DNA of 63,495 bases, counting the filler, from Conidiobolus incongruus B7586 (taxonomy: Eukaryota), in NCBI GenBank assembly GCA_000697335.1. It is 15 parts of 15 records of this genome, joined end to end, with 100 filler letters (N's around TTAATTAATTAA, not from the genome) between each part and the next. Parts side by side here need not be neighbours in the genome. Positions count along the whole stretch, not along the records: positions 25,935 to 27,981 come from JNEM01000039.1; positions 28,082 to 40,392 come from JNEM01000044.1; 13 more parts are not named here. One strand, written 5' to 3'. Positions 26,714 to 36,990 of this stretch are shown piece after piece. The notes under the pieces are model-generated. The model was not told the origin of the DNA, searched no databases, and worked only from the letters and a program-made list of their open reading frames with translations. Made by a program: the position numbers and the translations under genes. Within the stretch, counting starts at the first letter, position 1; every line of letters starts with the position of its first letter.

Positions 26714-28081
26714 ATTGAATTTTTTCAACCCACCGAATAATATTTTATTGAAAAGTATTTTGAATGGATTAAATTTAAAAAAAATACACAAGTAATAGTA
26801 GACGTAGGTTTTATACTAAAATTTGTTATATTTTAGGATAAATTATTAAGTTTAATTGAGTTGGATTTTTAAACTATCAAATACTAAATTTGGCAATTAT
26901 TCAAAATTGTCTCAGTTTTTTAGTTAAAAGGTGTGGCTGATTGAATTTGGGTGATGTCAATCATTTCTCATTGGATCAAATCTTCATTCGACAATATGAA
27001 GTGAGTGCTACATTTCGTTTCCTTGTGGGATTTTGTTACCAATACATTCACAATTTCATTAATATTTAATTATTTTAAGCATTTTAGTCTCACAAAATTT
27101 TCGAATTGTGTAGGATTCTAAGCCTTGAGCATATTTCAAATATGTTTTATGTTGGTATAAATTTGAACTTTATTCCGGGTTATTTTGAAAAGCTTTCACC
27201 TATTTTCAAGAATTTGATAGTAATGTTTTTTAATTTCAACCCTAGTGGATATTATGATTAATTTATAGTAAAAATTTCTTAAACCACTATAGTAAACTAT
27301 CAACATTCACTATTATTAAATCATGTTTATAGAATGTTCATTCTTTTCCTTCTCTTAAACATATTCAATAAATCTCATATAAAACTCTAATCCTAAGGCT
27401 TTAAATATCAATATTGTGATTAATCATTTCAATATTCCACAATATATTTTTCATTGAATAATAAAATAACACCACTATATTTGATAATAATTATGACACC
27501 ATCATCCCAAATGTTAATATTAAAAATTTAATTTCTTAATGAGAAAATAAAATAGTTACATTTTATATTACTTTGGATTCAATTTGATCACTAGTTTAAA
27601 ATAGGATAAATAAATATTTAGTAATATTAATTAAAATATTATAATATAAGAATTTCTATGTTGATTAAATTTTTGAAAAGGATAGACAACTATTTTTATT
27701 ATGAAAAATTAAATATTATATAAAAAAGAACTGATTTTATTTAGATAGATATTTTTAATATTATAATGTATGAGTTATTAACAAATTTTATACCAGATTT
27801 GTGACACATAATAAAGGAAGTTATGATTTAAACGATCAAGTTGATTAAAGTTCAAACATATTAATAAATTAATGATTTATTAATAATATTAGATATATTG
27901 TAAAATTTGTTTAAAACCGCATAAAACTTGATAAGGAATTTTTAAGTAGTTTATTATTTTTTGGTTAAAGTATTACAATAANNNNNNNNNNNNNNNNNNN
28001 NNNNNNNNNNNNNNNNNNNNNNNNNTTAATTAATTAANNNNNNNNNNNNNNNNNNNNNNNNNNNNNNNNNNNNNNNNNNNN

Positions 28082-28396
28082 GGCTAAGTTCTTGTGACGC
28101 TTTTCGTAACGGTTGTATTTGGGGATATAGTGAAGGTACTCACGACGGACAATGAGGGTACGCTTCATCTTGGTGGAGACAACAACACCAGTTAAGACAC
28201 GACCACGGATAGAGACATTTCCGGTGAAAGGACACTTCTTATCGATGTAAGTTCCTTCAATGGCTTCCTTGGGGGTCTTGAAACCCAAACCGACATCCTT
28301 ATACCAACGGAGACCCTTAGCCTTCTTGGCGGCGTTCTTGCTGTTCAAGAAAACACCAGCTTGCTTTTGGAATGATCTTTCAACTTGTTCAGACAT
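28082..28396 (-). CDS. RPS11: 40S ribosomal protein S11 (uS17); 3' end lost in gap
   Basis: ERSFQKQ...[41 protein letters not shown]...[21 protein letters not shown], with strongly biased codons. Confidence 0.98.
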
Positions 28397-29005
28397 TGTT
28401 ATGATTATTTTTCAATTGGGCAAAATTAATCAAGCGAGTAAAAGCTTAATTGGTTTGGGCTGAATTTTGACCGCGAGAGAGATTTTAACGCAATTTTTCC
28501 AAAAATAAAATTATTGATTACTATATTCCAAATAAAATTGTGGGATTGTTTGAATTTATATTCTCACATTTTCACTAATTATCTTAATTTAAAATATAAA
28601 TACAATAATAATAATTTACACCAGAAATTAACTGTATATTGTTTTTCATTATATAAAATATATTTAATTATACTAGGATTTTATCTATTGACACCGATAT
28701 CATTTTATAAGATCAATTATCAATTAAATTTTGTATACCATATTATATTTATTTAAAGAGTAATTTGAAATTTTGATAAAATCAATATAAAAATTAACAT
28801 CTTAATTTATAAATAATTTAGCTCATTATTTCAAATCTACCTGTTATTATCATTCTTCAAAATATATATTTTTATCTCAACTATTTAAAACAAACTAGTT
28901 ATCTATCCCATAATGATTACTCTTTGATACTAAATTTAAATAAACCATTTTATTTGCATTAATTGAATTCCAAATTGCATTTATTCAATACCTCAATTAT
29001 TTAAT

Positions 29006-29486
29006 ATGCCTAAAGTTATTTCGAAATTCTCAGTATCAACATCAGACCAAAATTCTAAAAAATTAGAAACCCAATCCATTAACGTATACTATTGCATATG
29101 TGGCGAATACTGTCTAATAATGGATAACTTAATTGAAAATATAAATCAAAGAAATACTGATAGAAGCTTTATTTTAAATAAAGATGAATTAAATTTCAAA
29201 TTGAATGTGAATGACCATAAATCTGTATTAATTAAAAGGTATTTTATTGCTATGTTGTATTTAATATGCTATTTATTAATAATGCTATTTACATTACAGA
29301 GAAAAGGGTTTAGAGCTTCAGAAACGCTTCAATTGTACTCGATGCGAACTTCCTTTAGGATATTATGGAAATATCCGCCTTCAAAATGGAGAAAAGACAG
29401 AATGTGCATATATCTTCGAAGGTGCAGTGGTAAGTACACAAGCTAAATTACCAACACGAATTCCTCAGCGTAGAGGTGATCATTAA
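29006..29486 (+). CDS. STEEP1/CXorf56 (UPF0428)-like protein, 139 aa, 2 exons
   Basis: Exons 29006-29238 and 29300-29486 (420 nt): MPKVIS...VYYCICGEYCLI...QRNTDRSFIL...VLIKR|EKGLELQKRFNCTRCELPLGY...YIFEGAV...RGDH*. Confidence 0.88.
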
Positions 29487-29872
29487 TTGATCTGATTGGT
29501 GACTAATCCAGGACGACCCTCGAACAAGAGTTTCTCTCTGATTATGCACCGTAAATCGTAATTTAAATTATTTGAACTTTGAGTTTCCTGATGGCCGCTT
29601 TGATTGACAATTAAAGCCAATGGTTCCTTTAAAACTGTATGTGTACCGATGAGCTGCTGATTGCCTATATTAAGTTTGGGACGATTCTATCAAAATGAGT
29701 AATATGCTATAACAGAGTAAATAATAAAAATTACCTCATCAGTCAAGTCCAAGTCACCAATGGTTAAATTATTTAAAGATGGTTGATTACTTTCGAAAGT
29801 TCCTTGAAGTTCTATTAATATCAGTTCATTATTATTGGTACTGTTAGATTTCTTAATAAATATCTGAACCAT
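29483..29872 (-). CDS. CTF8: Chromosome transmission fidelity protein 8 (Ctf18-RFC subunit), 113 aa, 2 exons
   Basis: Exons 29735-29872 and 29483-29686: MVQIFI...LIELQGTFE...TIGDL...|PKLNIGNQQLIG...LKEPLALI...YDLRCIIREKLLFEGRP...*. Ctf8 motifs. Confidence 0.9.
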
Positions 29873-31599
29873 ATTTAAATCTAGATAAATTGAGTTGATT
29901 AAATTTGATTATCACTTGAAATAATTGATTTTATGTTAATTAATTTTAGATTTTTTCATATGGGACCAATTTATGTTTAAAAATTGGTTTGAATTCATTA
30001 TAAAATATTAACTCTACAATTTATTTAAAATAATATATGTAAATCTATATTTGGATCACTAAAAATCAATCTATTATTTCAAAATTTATATGGCAATATT
30101 TTAAAGTTAATTATAGGAATATATTTCAGCTTGAATGTTGAATTGATAAATGTAAATAAATTATTTGATTAATATACATAAAAATATTAAATATTTTGGA
30201 AATTGTAAACTCTAATAAATTTATCAAATATACCATATTTTGTTCATTTGTATTATTATTGATTAGAGTACAAATATATTTCCAAATATTAGCATTACTT
30301 AATTGGAATTTATATTAAATCTATTTATTTCGAAAAAATTATCATATTACTTTAAATACATATCCTTGGTTAGATCATGGATAAATTTAACTTTCAATTC
30401 AGTATATATTTGTTAATATATTACTATTTATACTGATTTATTAAGTTATAATATCAAAATCATATTTAGTTATAAGTGAATCGTTTATTAATAATATCAA
30501 AATATAATATGATATATTAATTATAAATTAAATTTTATTTTTATATCTCTACTTAAATTAGATCAAGCATTTTAAAGCAATAGGAATTTAACATTAATAG
30601 AAAAAATTATTATATTCTAAAGAAATAAAGGATGTTACCCCAAAAAGACTAACAGCAATTAATTAAAAGATATAATATTCACAGATTGCAAAATGACTAA
30701 TTCATATTATTAGTCTATAAAATAAACCATCTAATTTTAATTGGATTTGAAATTAATGAATGAATATTTTGATTTACAAATAAAATATCGATTTGATCCC
30801 TTTGTTTTGACATTTTAATTTTTTATAAATAATATTTAAAGTATTTAAGTGATGTAATATAATCTATAATACATCTGTTATCTTTAAAATTTTAAACTAA
30901 TAAATTCAGATATAAATTATATCATTAAAAATTAAGTTATTATTAATATAGTGTAAAAATCATGCTTATAATTAATATCTATATTATTACAGTTTATTGA
31001 ATTATAAACATATCATCTGGTTATATTTAAAATATTATATTATAAAATGTCAAATAAAAATAAATTCGATTCAGTTTTATGATATAAAAACCCTTATATA
31101 CTAATTTAAATTAATATTTCACAATTTTTTAACTAACCCTCAACTTTGTTAATATATTAAAAACAAATTTTAGAATAAATTTTATTTTATTTAATTGGAC
31201 TAAATTTATAATAAAACATATAATTTCAATTATTATATTAATATATATCAGATCTAAAAAAGATATAATGAAATGGTCGAATTTATATTATGTATTCTTC
31301 ATAAAGAATAAAATTGCTTATTGACGTATAATAATGATGTTGGATTGTAATTAAATCATTTAATTTTAATAAATTTAATATAAGCAAAATTGATTTTAGA
31401 TCCCCACAAAATAATGAATATAAAGTTAACACTAAAAATTAGAATAAAAAGGTCAATTGAACGATTTTGATAGTCTTTGTAACTATTCGCTAAGCTTCAT
31501 GTTTTTATTATCATTTATTATAACATCTTAATACAAACATATTTTTTATATTTAATTTGATTTAATTTAATCCTTGTTCTAGTTTATAGATCCAATTTT

Positions 31600-32515
31600 T
31601 AAAATCTCTCAACAGACGCCAATTTCACTTACACCAACCGAAGATCAGACCAAGATGCTTCACATTATTGCAGGGTATTCAGTAGCTATTTTGTTTTTAT
31701 GGAATGTACCCTATCTTAGAACTACATTATACCCATTTAAAGTATAATTATTACTTTTAGAGTGTTAAATTTATTTATCCACTTAATTTGATTTAGTTAG
31801 TCACAGTAGCATTTCATGAAATGGGTCATGCTCTAGCTGGACTGTGTACAGGTGCTAAAATCATTTCTATTGAAGTGGACCCTGTACAAGGGAGAGCAAC
31901 CAGAATGGTAAATAAATAGACTAAAATTGCTAGTTTTAACTGATTGATTTCTTGGAGTAGAGAGGTGGTACTGATTGTTGGACACTACCTGCAGGTAAAC
32001 TTCAATAGTTCGACATTAAATAACTTAATATTGATATATTAACAGGCTATTTGGGTAGTTCTTTAATAGAAGCTTTTATGGTATTCTGTGGATTTAATGT
32101 TTTGACTTCAAAAATCATGTCAGTAGTTATTTGATTATGTTTATTGAGATGCTTATTTTGGGCCAAAAATTGGCTATTTACGGGATTGACTGTATTATTC
32201 ATAGGATTGATCGCTTTATTATGGTGGTTCCAAAATGGCATCGGTCTAAGGTATTTTATCTTATTTATGGTGTAAGTTTATCATCTTTAATAATATAAAA
32301 TATTCTAATGTATTACATTTAGAGTTATGAGTGGATTATACAGTCTTTGTGATACTGTAGAGGATTTAGTCGTGCGTAAAGTAAATGAGTGTGATGCAAG
32401 TAGATTTGCAAAAATGTGCCATATGCCTTCGCAATTTTGTGGTTTTATTTGGTTTATAATTTCTTTGATATTTATGATTGCTGGTATTCTATTTGGAATA
32501 ATTAATTGCCTTTAA
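31600..32515 (+). pseudogene. Peptidase M50B-like membrane metalloprotease, disabled
   Basis: Five-exon structure reads LWNVPYLRTTLYPFK|LVTVAFHEMGHALAGLCTGAKI...|RGG...TLPA|GYLGSSL..., with in-frame TGA at 32132-32134 (VI*LC). Several otherwise conserved Gly/Trp positions look altered (GRATRM, SSLIEA, SLCD). Confidence 0.8.
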
Positions 32516-32619
32516 ATCAACCGATCAAGTACCAGCATAATTTTAGCCATTGTCAAACTTTTATAAATCCAATGTTTACATATTTTTGACCTTTAATAAA
32601 TAATATTTGTTTTGATTTA

Positions 32620-33412
32620 TTAAGATTTTAAAATGTTTCCAATGACTTCTAATATTGTATAAATAAGTAGCGAGTTAGTCGGTTTAATGGTGATAGTGCA
32701 CTGTTGAATTGATAACTGATAAAATCCAATTTCAATTAAAAATAAACTTCCATTATCTAATTTAAATGATATAAATAAATAATACTAAATATTAAATATA
32801 TTAGTAAATTTAATAAATCATAAAAATTGTATATATTATTACCTTATTATCAATTAATCTATCAGCTACTGTAAACACATTATTTAAATGTAATTTTTCT
32901 CTTATTTGCTTAACTGTACTAATTGGATTAATATTATGAACTTCAATTGTATGCTCGCCAATAGCACTATATTCAGGCCATAATTGAAGGAAATCAGATT
33001 GGTCAAGACATCTCTGTTCGTTGAAAAGGATATGGAGTGAAAATGTAGTTTGTGTAAAGAAAACGCCTAGATTAGTTTGAAATGCAAGTTGTAACAAGTT
33101 GATTGACTCAGCTGGACCGATAGCTCCATTGAGATTGAGGTCAATAGTCATATCAACACTTTAAAGAGGATTCAGAACTTGAGGAAATTGGATCTTTGGA
33201 GCTAAACACAGACCGAAAGGATTCTTATTTATTCGAATGGCGAAATCAGTTAATGGAGTATTGTTATGATTGATTAGTTTTAAGTCAAATTGAATTCTTC
33301 CTTTACGCCGGCAAAAAGCGTCTAAAATTTCTAAACCTTGACTAGTCTGAGGATTAAGCAAAATAAATTTTGGAGGAATGTAGATGAGGTTATCCAGCTC
33401 AAATAAATTCAT
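32620..33412 (-). pseudogene. Beta-adaptin (AP-1/AP-2 beta) appendage/ear-only fragment with premature stop
   Basis: QGLEI...FCRRKGRIQFDLKLIN...TDFAIRINKNPFGL...NPL*SVDMTIDL...LLQLAFQTNLGVFF...HILFNE...DFLQLW...KLHLNNVFTVADR|YYLFISFKLDNG. The two listed ORFs are one frame broken by TAA at 33161-33163; intron about 32785-32842; no trunk domain upstream. Confidence 0.8.
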
Positions 33413-33593
33413 AATATTATTTTCAATTTTTTAGTTGAGGAGGATTATAAATACTCAATCGTAAGTCACAAGTTTATCTTTCACATCGATTAGAGTTAAA
33501 AAAATTTTAAACCATCCCATAAAGATAATTCAAAATGGAATTGTATTAAATTTCCCTTGTTTATCAGCAATTAAATATTATAATTTTTAATTA

Positions 33594-34403
33594 ATGCCAT
33601 CGAAAAGAATATCTTCCACGTATAAGCTTCAGTCATTAAATAACAAACTACTAAATCATTTAACATTACTTGTTAATGATCAAATGCATCAATTAAAACA
33701 TCAAAAACTGATTGTTTTTGGAAGAGATGTTTTACGTGATTTGAGTAAGAATGGGATTCATATTCGACGATTGGGAATTGCTCAATCTACCTCTACTCAC
33801 ATCTCGGAAATTCATAATATAACTAATGAGATTAAATCAGACAATTACTATTCAACATCTATTAGTCAGATCAAGCAATTAACAAGTGAAACTCACAAAC
33901 CTAACCCCAAAGAGATATGGGGAGAAGTGAGTATGCCTAATATGATTAAATTGAATGAACAGCATTTAAATCAATTTTCTCCTACAGATACCCTTTTGTT
34001 TTCTCCCTCTTTTGGACATGGAACAATGGCAAGTTTGATTAGAACGAGTTTGGGATTGGGATGGCGAAATATTCTGATACCTAGCAGTTATCACTTGTTT
34101 AATCCAATTGGTTTGAGATGCTCAAAATCCAGCCTGTTTTTCAATACTATTTATACATATGATCTTAGTGATTTGAGATCGATATATCGCTATGGACTAA
34201 TATTTAATATTGATAATCTAAATATAGATCAAATTGATTCGAGCATGAATAATATACAAAAATCTATGTCAAAGGAGAATAACCACCCTAAACTCACTTG
34301 TTTCAGCTGTACTCCAAACAAAGTGTTCAATGATCAAGTGTTTAACTCCTTGATATCTGGTTCTTTAATATTATCTAAATTAAGACAGCATTATCATTCT
34401 TAA
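33594..34403 (+). CDS. Degenerate SpoU/TrmH (SPOUT) RNA methyltransferase-like protein
   Basis: N-terminal SLNNKLLNHL and IVFG..V (RNA-binding part), GTMASLIRTSLGLGW (cf. GNLGTLIRTA), FNPIGLRCS (cf. FNPKVLRAS), FNSLISGSLIL (cf. LNVSVAxxIL). Intact 269-aa ORF. Confidence 0.65.
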   Translation: MPSKRISSTYKLQSLNNKLLNHLTLLVNDQMHQLKHQKLIVFGRDVLRDLSKNGIHIRRLGIAQSTSTHISEIHNITNEIKSDNYYSTSISQIKQLTSETHKPNPKEIWGEVSMPNMIKLNEQHLNQFSPTDTLLFSPSFGHGTMASLIRTSLGLGWRNILIPSSYHLFNPIGLRCSKSSLFFNTIYTYDLSDLRSIYRYGLIFNIDNLNIDQIDSSMNNIQKSMSKENNHPKLTCFSCTPNKVFNDQVFNSLISGSLILSKLRQHYHS

Positions 34404-36132
34404 ATTTATCAATAGATTATCATCAATTATTTAGACAAATTGTAAATAAATATTTAATAATTTATATTATATATGATTTATATTTCAACGTTTAATATAT
34501 TGTTTATCAATAAAATAAAGGATGATGGAAATTAGCTAATGATGTTATATGTATCAGTTGATATAAATTAATTAAAATATTTAGTAATGTTTCGGATATT
34601 GTATATTTTTAATAAATAGATATCCATTATTAATATAAACTTGAACGGATGAATTGGCAATTGAATAATGTAATCAGTCACTAGGTGTATTGCGGGTGTA
34701 AATTAACCAATTAAACTAGTAACGAAGATATCAACTCCATTCTAAAGTCAGTCGTCCACATTATTTACATTGGATAACTTTTATTAAACATTGGCTGAAT
34801 AATTATCGAAATATAAATTAGTCTTCATGGTAGTCTCACAAAATTAATTCGTTGTTGTACAACTATAATTCTCTTCAAATAATTTGACAAAATTCTTGCA
34901 TAGCTATAAAATATTTTATTTACAATATATAATAATTATTATTCAGCTGTTTGAATATTAATGAATTAACTCAAGTGTGTTAAACTTATTTAATTATATT
35001 GTTATATTACATTTTTGTAAAAATATAAAGATAAATTAATAATAATAATGGATGTGAATAACAAGTTGTTAATAAAGATGTTTTATTTTTAAATTATTTT
35101 CGGACTATATTAAAAGGTTCAATTTATTAAAATTTATTAATTTTAATTTTTTAATTCATAAATAAAAGCTAATATAATGCTATATGTATAAAACAATTTA
35201 ATTAATTCAATAATTTAATAATTTCCGGCCATATAAATCTATTAGTAACCCAAGAGTAGGGCCTCTGATATAAATCAATTAATATTTTAGGAAAAAATAT
35301 TTTGAATTTATGATCTGACATGATCAGTGTATTGATTTCGATGCATTTCTGTAAAATAATTGAGCATAATTCAACTGTATTAGTAACAGTAATAGAAACT
35401 GGAAATTCAATTTAATAATTTTATGAATGATCAATCATATGTTAAAAATATTATAATAAATTGAAATAATGAATATCGTATGAATAAAAATATAACAAAT
35501 TTTCAACAGTATGGGTAAATTAAAAAAAGATGATTATTTGATATTTGGTCATTCGAGATGATATCTTAAAATATCATTTTCAAATATTATTATAAAACAA
35601 GGATTAATTACATCAATATTTTTAGATTTCCCAGAATATTGATATCAAATTATCCAATCATCACCAGATCCTATTAGACTAGCACTTTAATGAATCTCAA
35701 GAGATTACACTTAGTAATCATTCTGTAACCCTTGAGAGAACCTCATGTTTATGTTGCTAATTCTCATTAAATTGGTCGCATAGAGGGAAAATACCGTAAT
35801 GTTGCGGCTATCAAAATTTATATGAAACATTTAATAAAAAATTAATGATAGGCGCCAATTATGGAATTACAGTTGAATTCTTGAGAATGATAAGCAGATT
35901 CTCCCAATCACTTCAAGCAAATACACGTGATCTCCACCGTTGAATTAGTATTGAGCCTGAAAATTATGAGGAGAAATTTGATGAGCAAATGGAGGAGGGG
36001 GCTAAATTCATTTTAATTTCACACCGAGTATAAATACTCCTGCTGATAAACAAATATAAACTTTATCTCTGTTCCATTCACTGTCCAACTTTAGCAAACA
36101 CATCTGAGCTTATACTTGCTTTATTTTTGATT

Positions 36133-36990
36133 ATGCTTGAAGTCAATAATCAAATTCATTCTTCTAAGTTTATGAACTTTGTCACTAAGTTGAAAAAGGT
36201 GCCTAAAATTGTTGACGAGTGGTTGATGGCTAAGCAGCATTCTGAAATTCCCGAATATTATGCTGGGATCCATCATTATCACTATACAAACTCGCATTCA
36301 AAGAATTATACCCATTCTTCTAAAGTATCACCCGGATTTTCGCATAAGCAGCGCAATTCTATTTCCAATGAGCTTGCTCCAAACCAACCAAATGGTGCCG
36401 TGAAATTTAGACAAGCTAAAGGGGGACCACTTGATCGCCCGAAAACAACATTTGAAGTGAGGACTGAGCCGCCTCAAATCCCTATTGTTGAAGAGTTAGC
36501 ACCCATAACACTACAGCAATTGCTAGTTCAGCCACCACCTGTTTCTTCTAAGTCAACGAGCACCAAATCAAAAAAACGCGATTCAGCTACTCAACAGAAA
36601 CATGTCTCTCTTCGAAAAGAAGTCAAAATTATATACAATAACAGCAATCAAAAAATTGTAAAGCCCAGATACAGACAATCCAAATTGGATTTCCAAACAC
36701 AAACACCTCAGTTCCAGGCCATTCGCACAAACTTAGCAAATGCCAATGCCAAACTTGGGCTATCTACTCAGAGAGTCAAAGTTGCACATCAGATCCGCAA
36801 ACAGAGGCAACAAACTTGTGAAAATGCCAGCTCAGGAGCAGGCGTTTCAGCAACACCAGTGTCACAGCATGTTGCTAAACATCCTATCAGCAACAAACGG
36901 ATATCCAAAATTGCTGCATTTGACAGAGCCATTGCTAACAAGAGAGGATCCACGCTCAAACTGTCGCTTACGCCAAAAGTAGCCAGCTAA
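36133..36990 (+). CDS. Hypothetical basic, low-complexity protein (about 285 aa), intronless
   Basis: Long ORF with higher GC than its flanks; TATAAA near 36029 followed by a pyrimidine-rich leader; first ATG at 36133. Confidence 0.8.
   Translation: MLEVNNQIHSSKFMNFVTKLKKVPKIVDEWLMAKQHSEIPEYYAGIHHYHYTNSHSKNYTHSSKVSPGFSHKQRNSISNELAPNQPNGAVKFRQAKGGPLDRPKTTFEVRTEPPQIPIVEELAPITLQQLLVQPPPVSSKSTSTKSKKRDSATQQKHVSLRKEVKIIYNNSNQKIVKPRYRQSKLDFQTQTPQFQAIRTNLANANAKLGLSTQRVKVAHQIRKQRQQTCENASSGAGVSATPVSQHVAKHPISNKRISKIAAFDRAIANKRGSTLKLSLTPKVAS

Noticed and set aside
32132..33163. In-frame TGA/TAA as evidence of stop-codon recoding or selenocysteine
   Set aside because: The positions correspond to probable Gly and Gln codons one mutation away, surrounding conserved residues are also damaged, and TAA ends most intact genes here.
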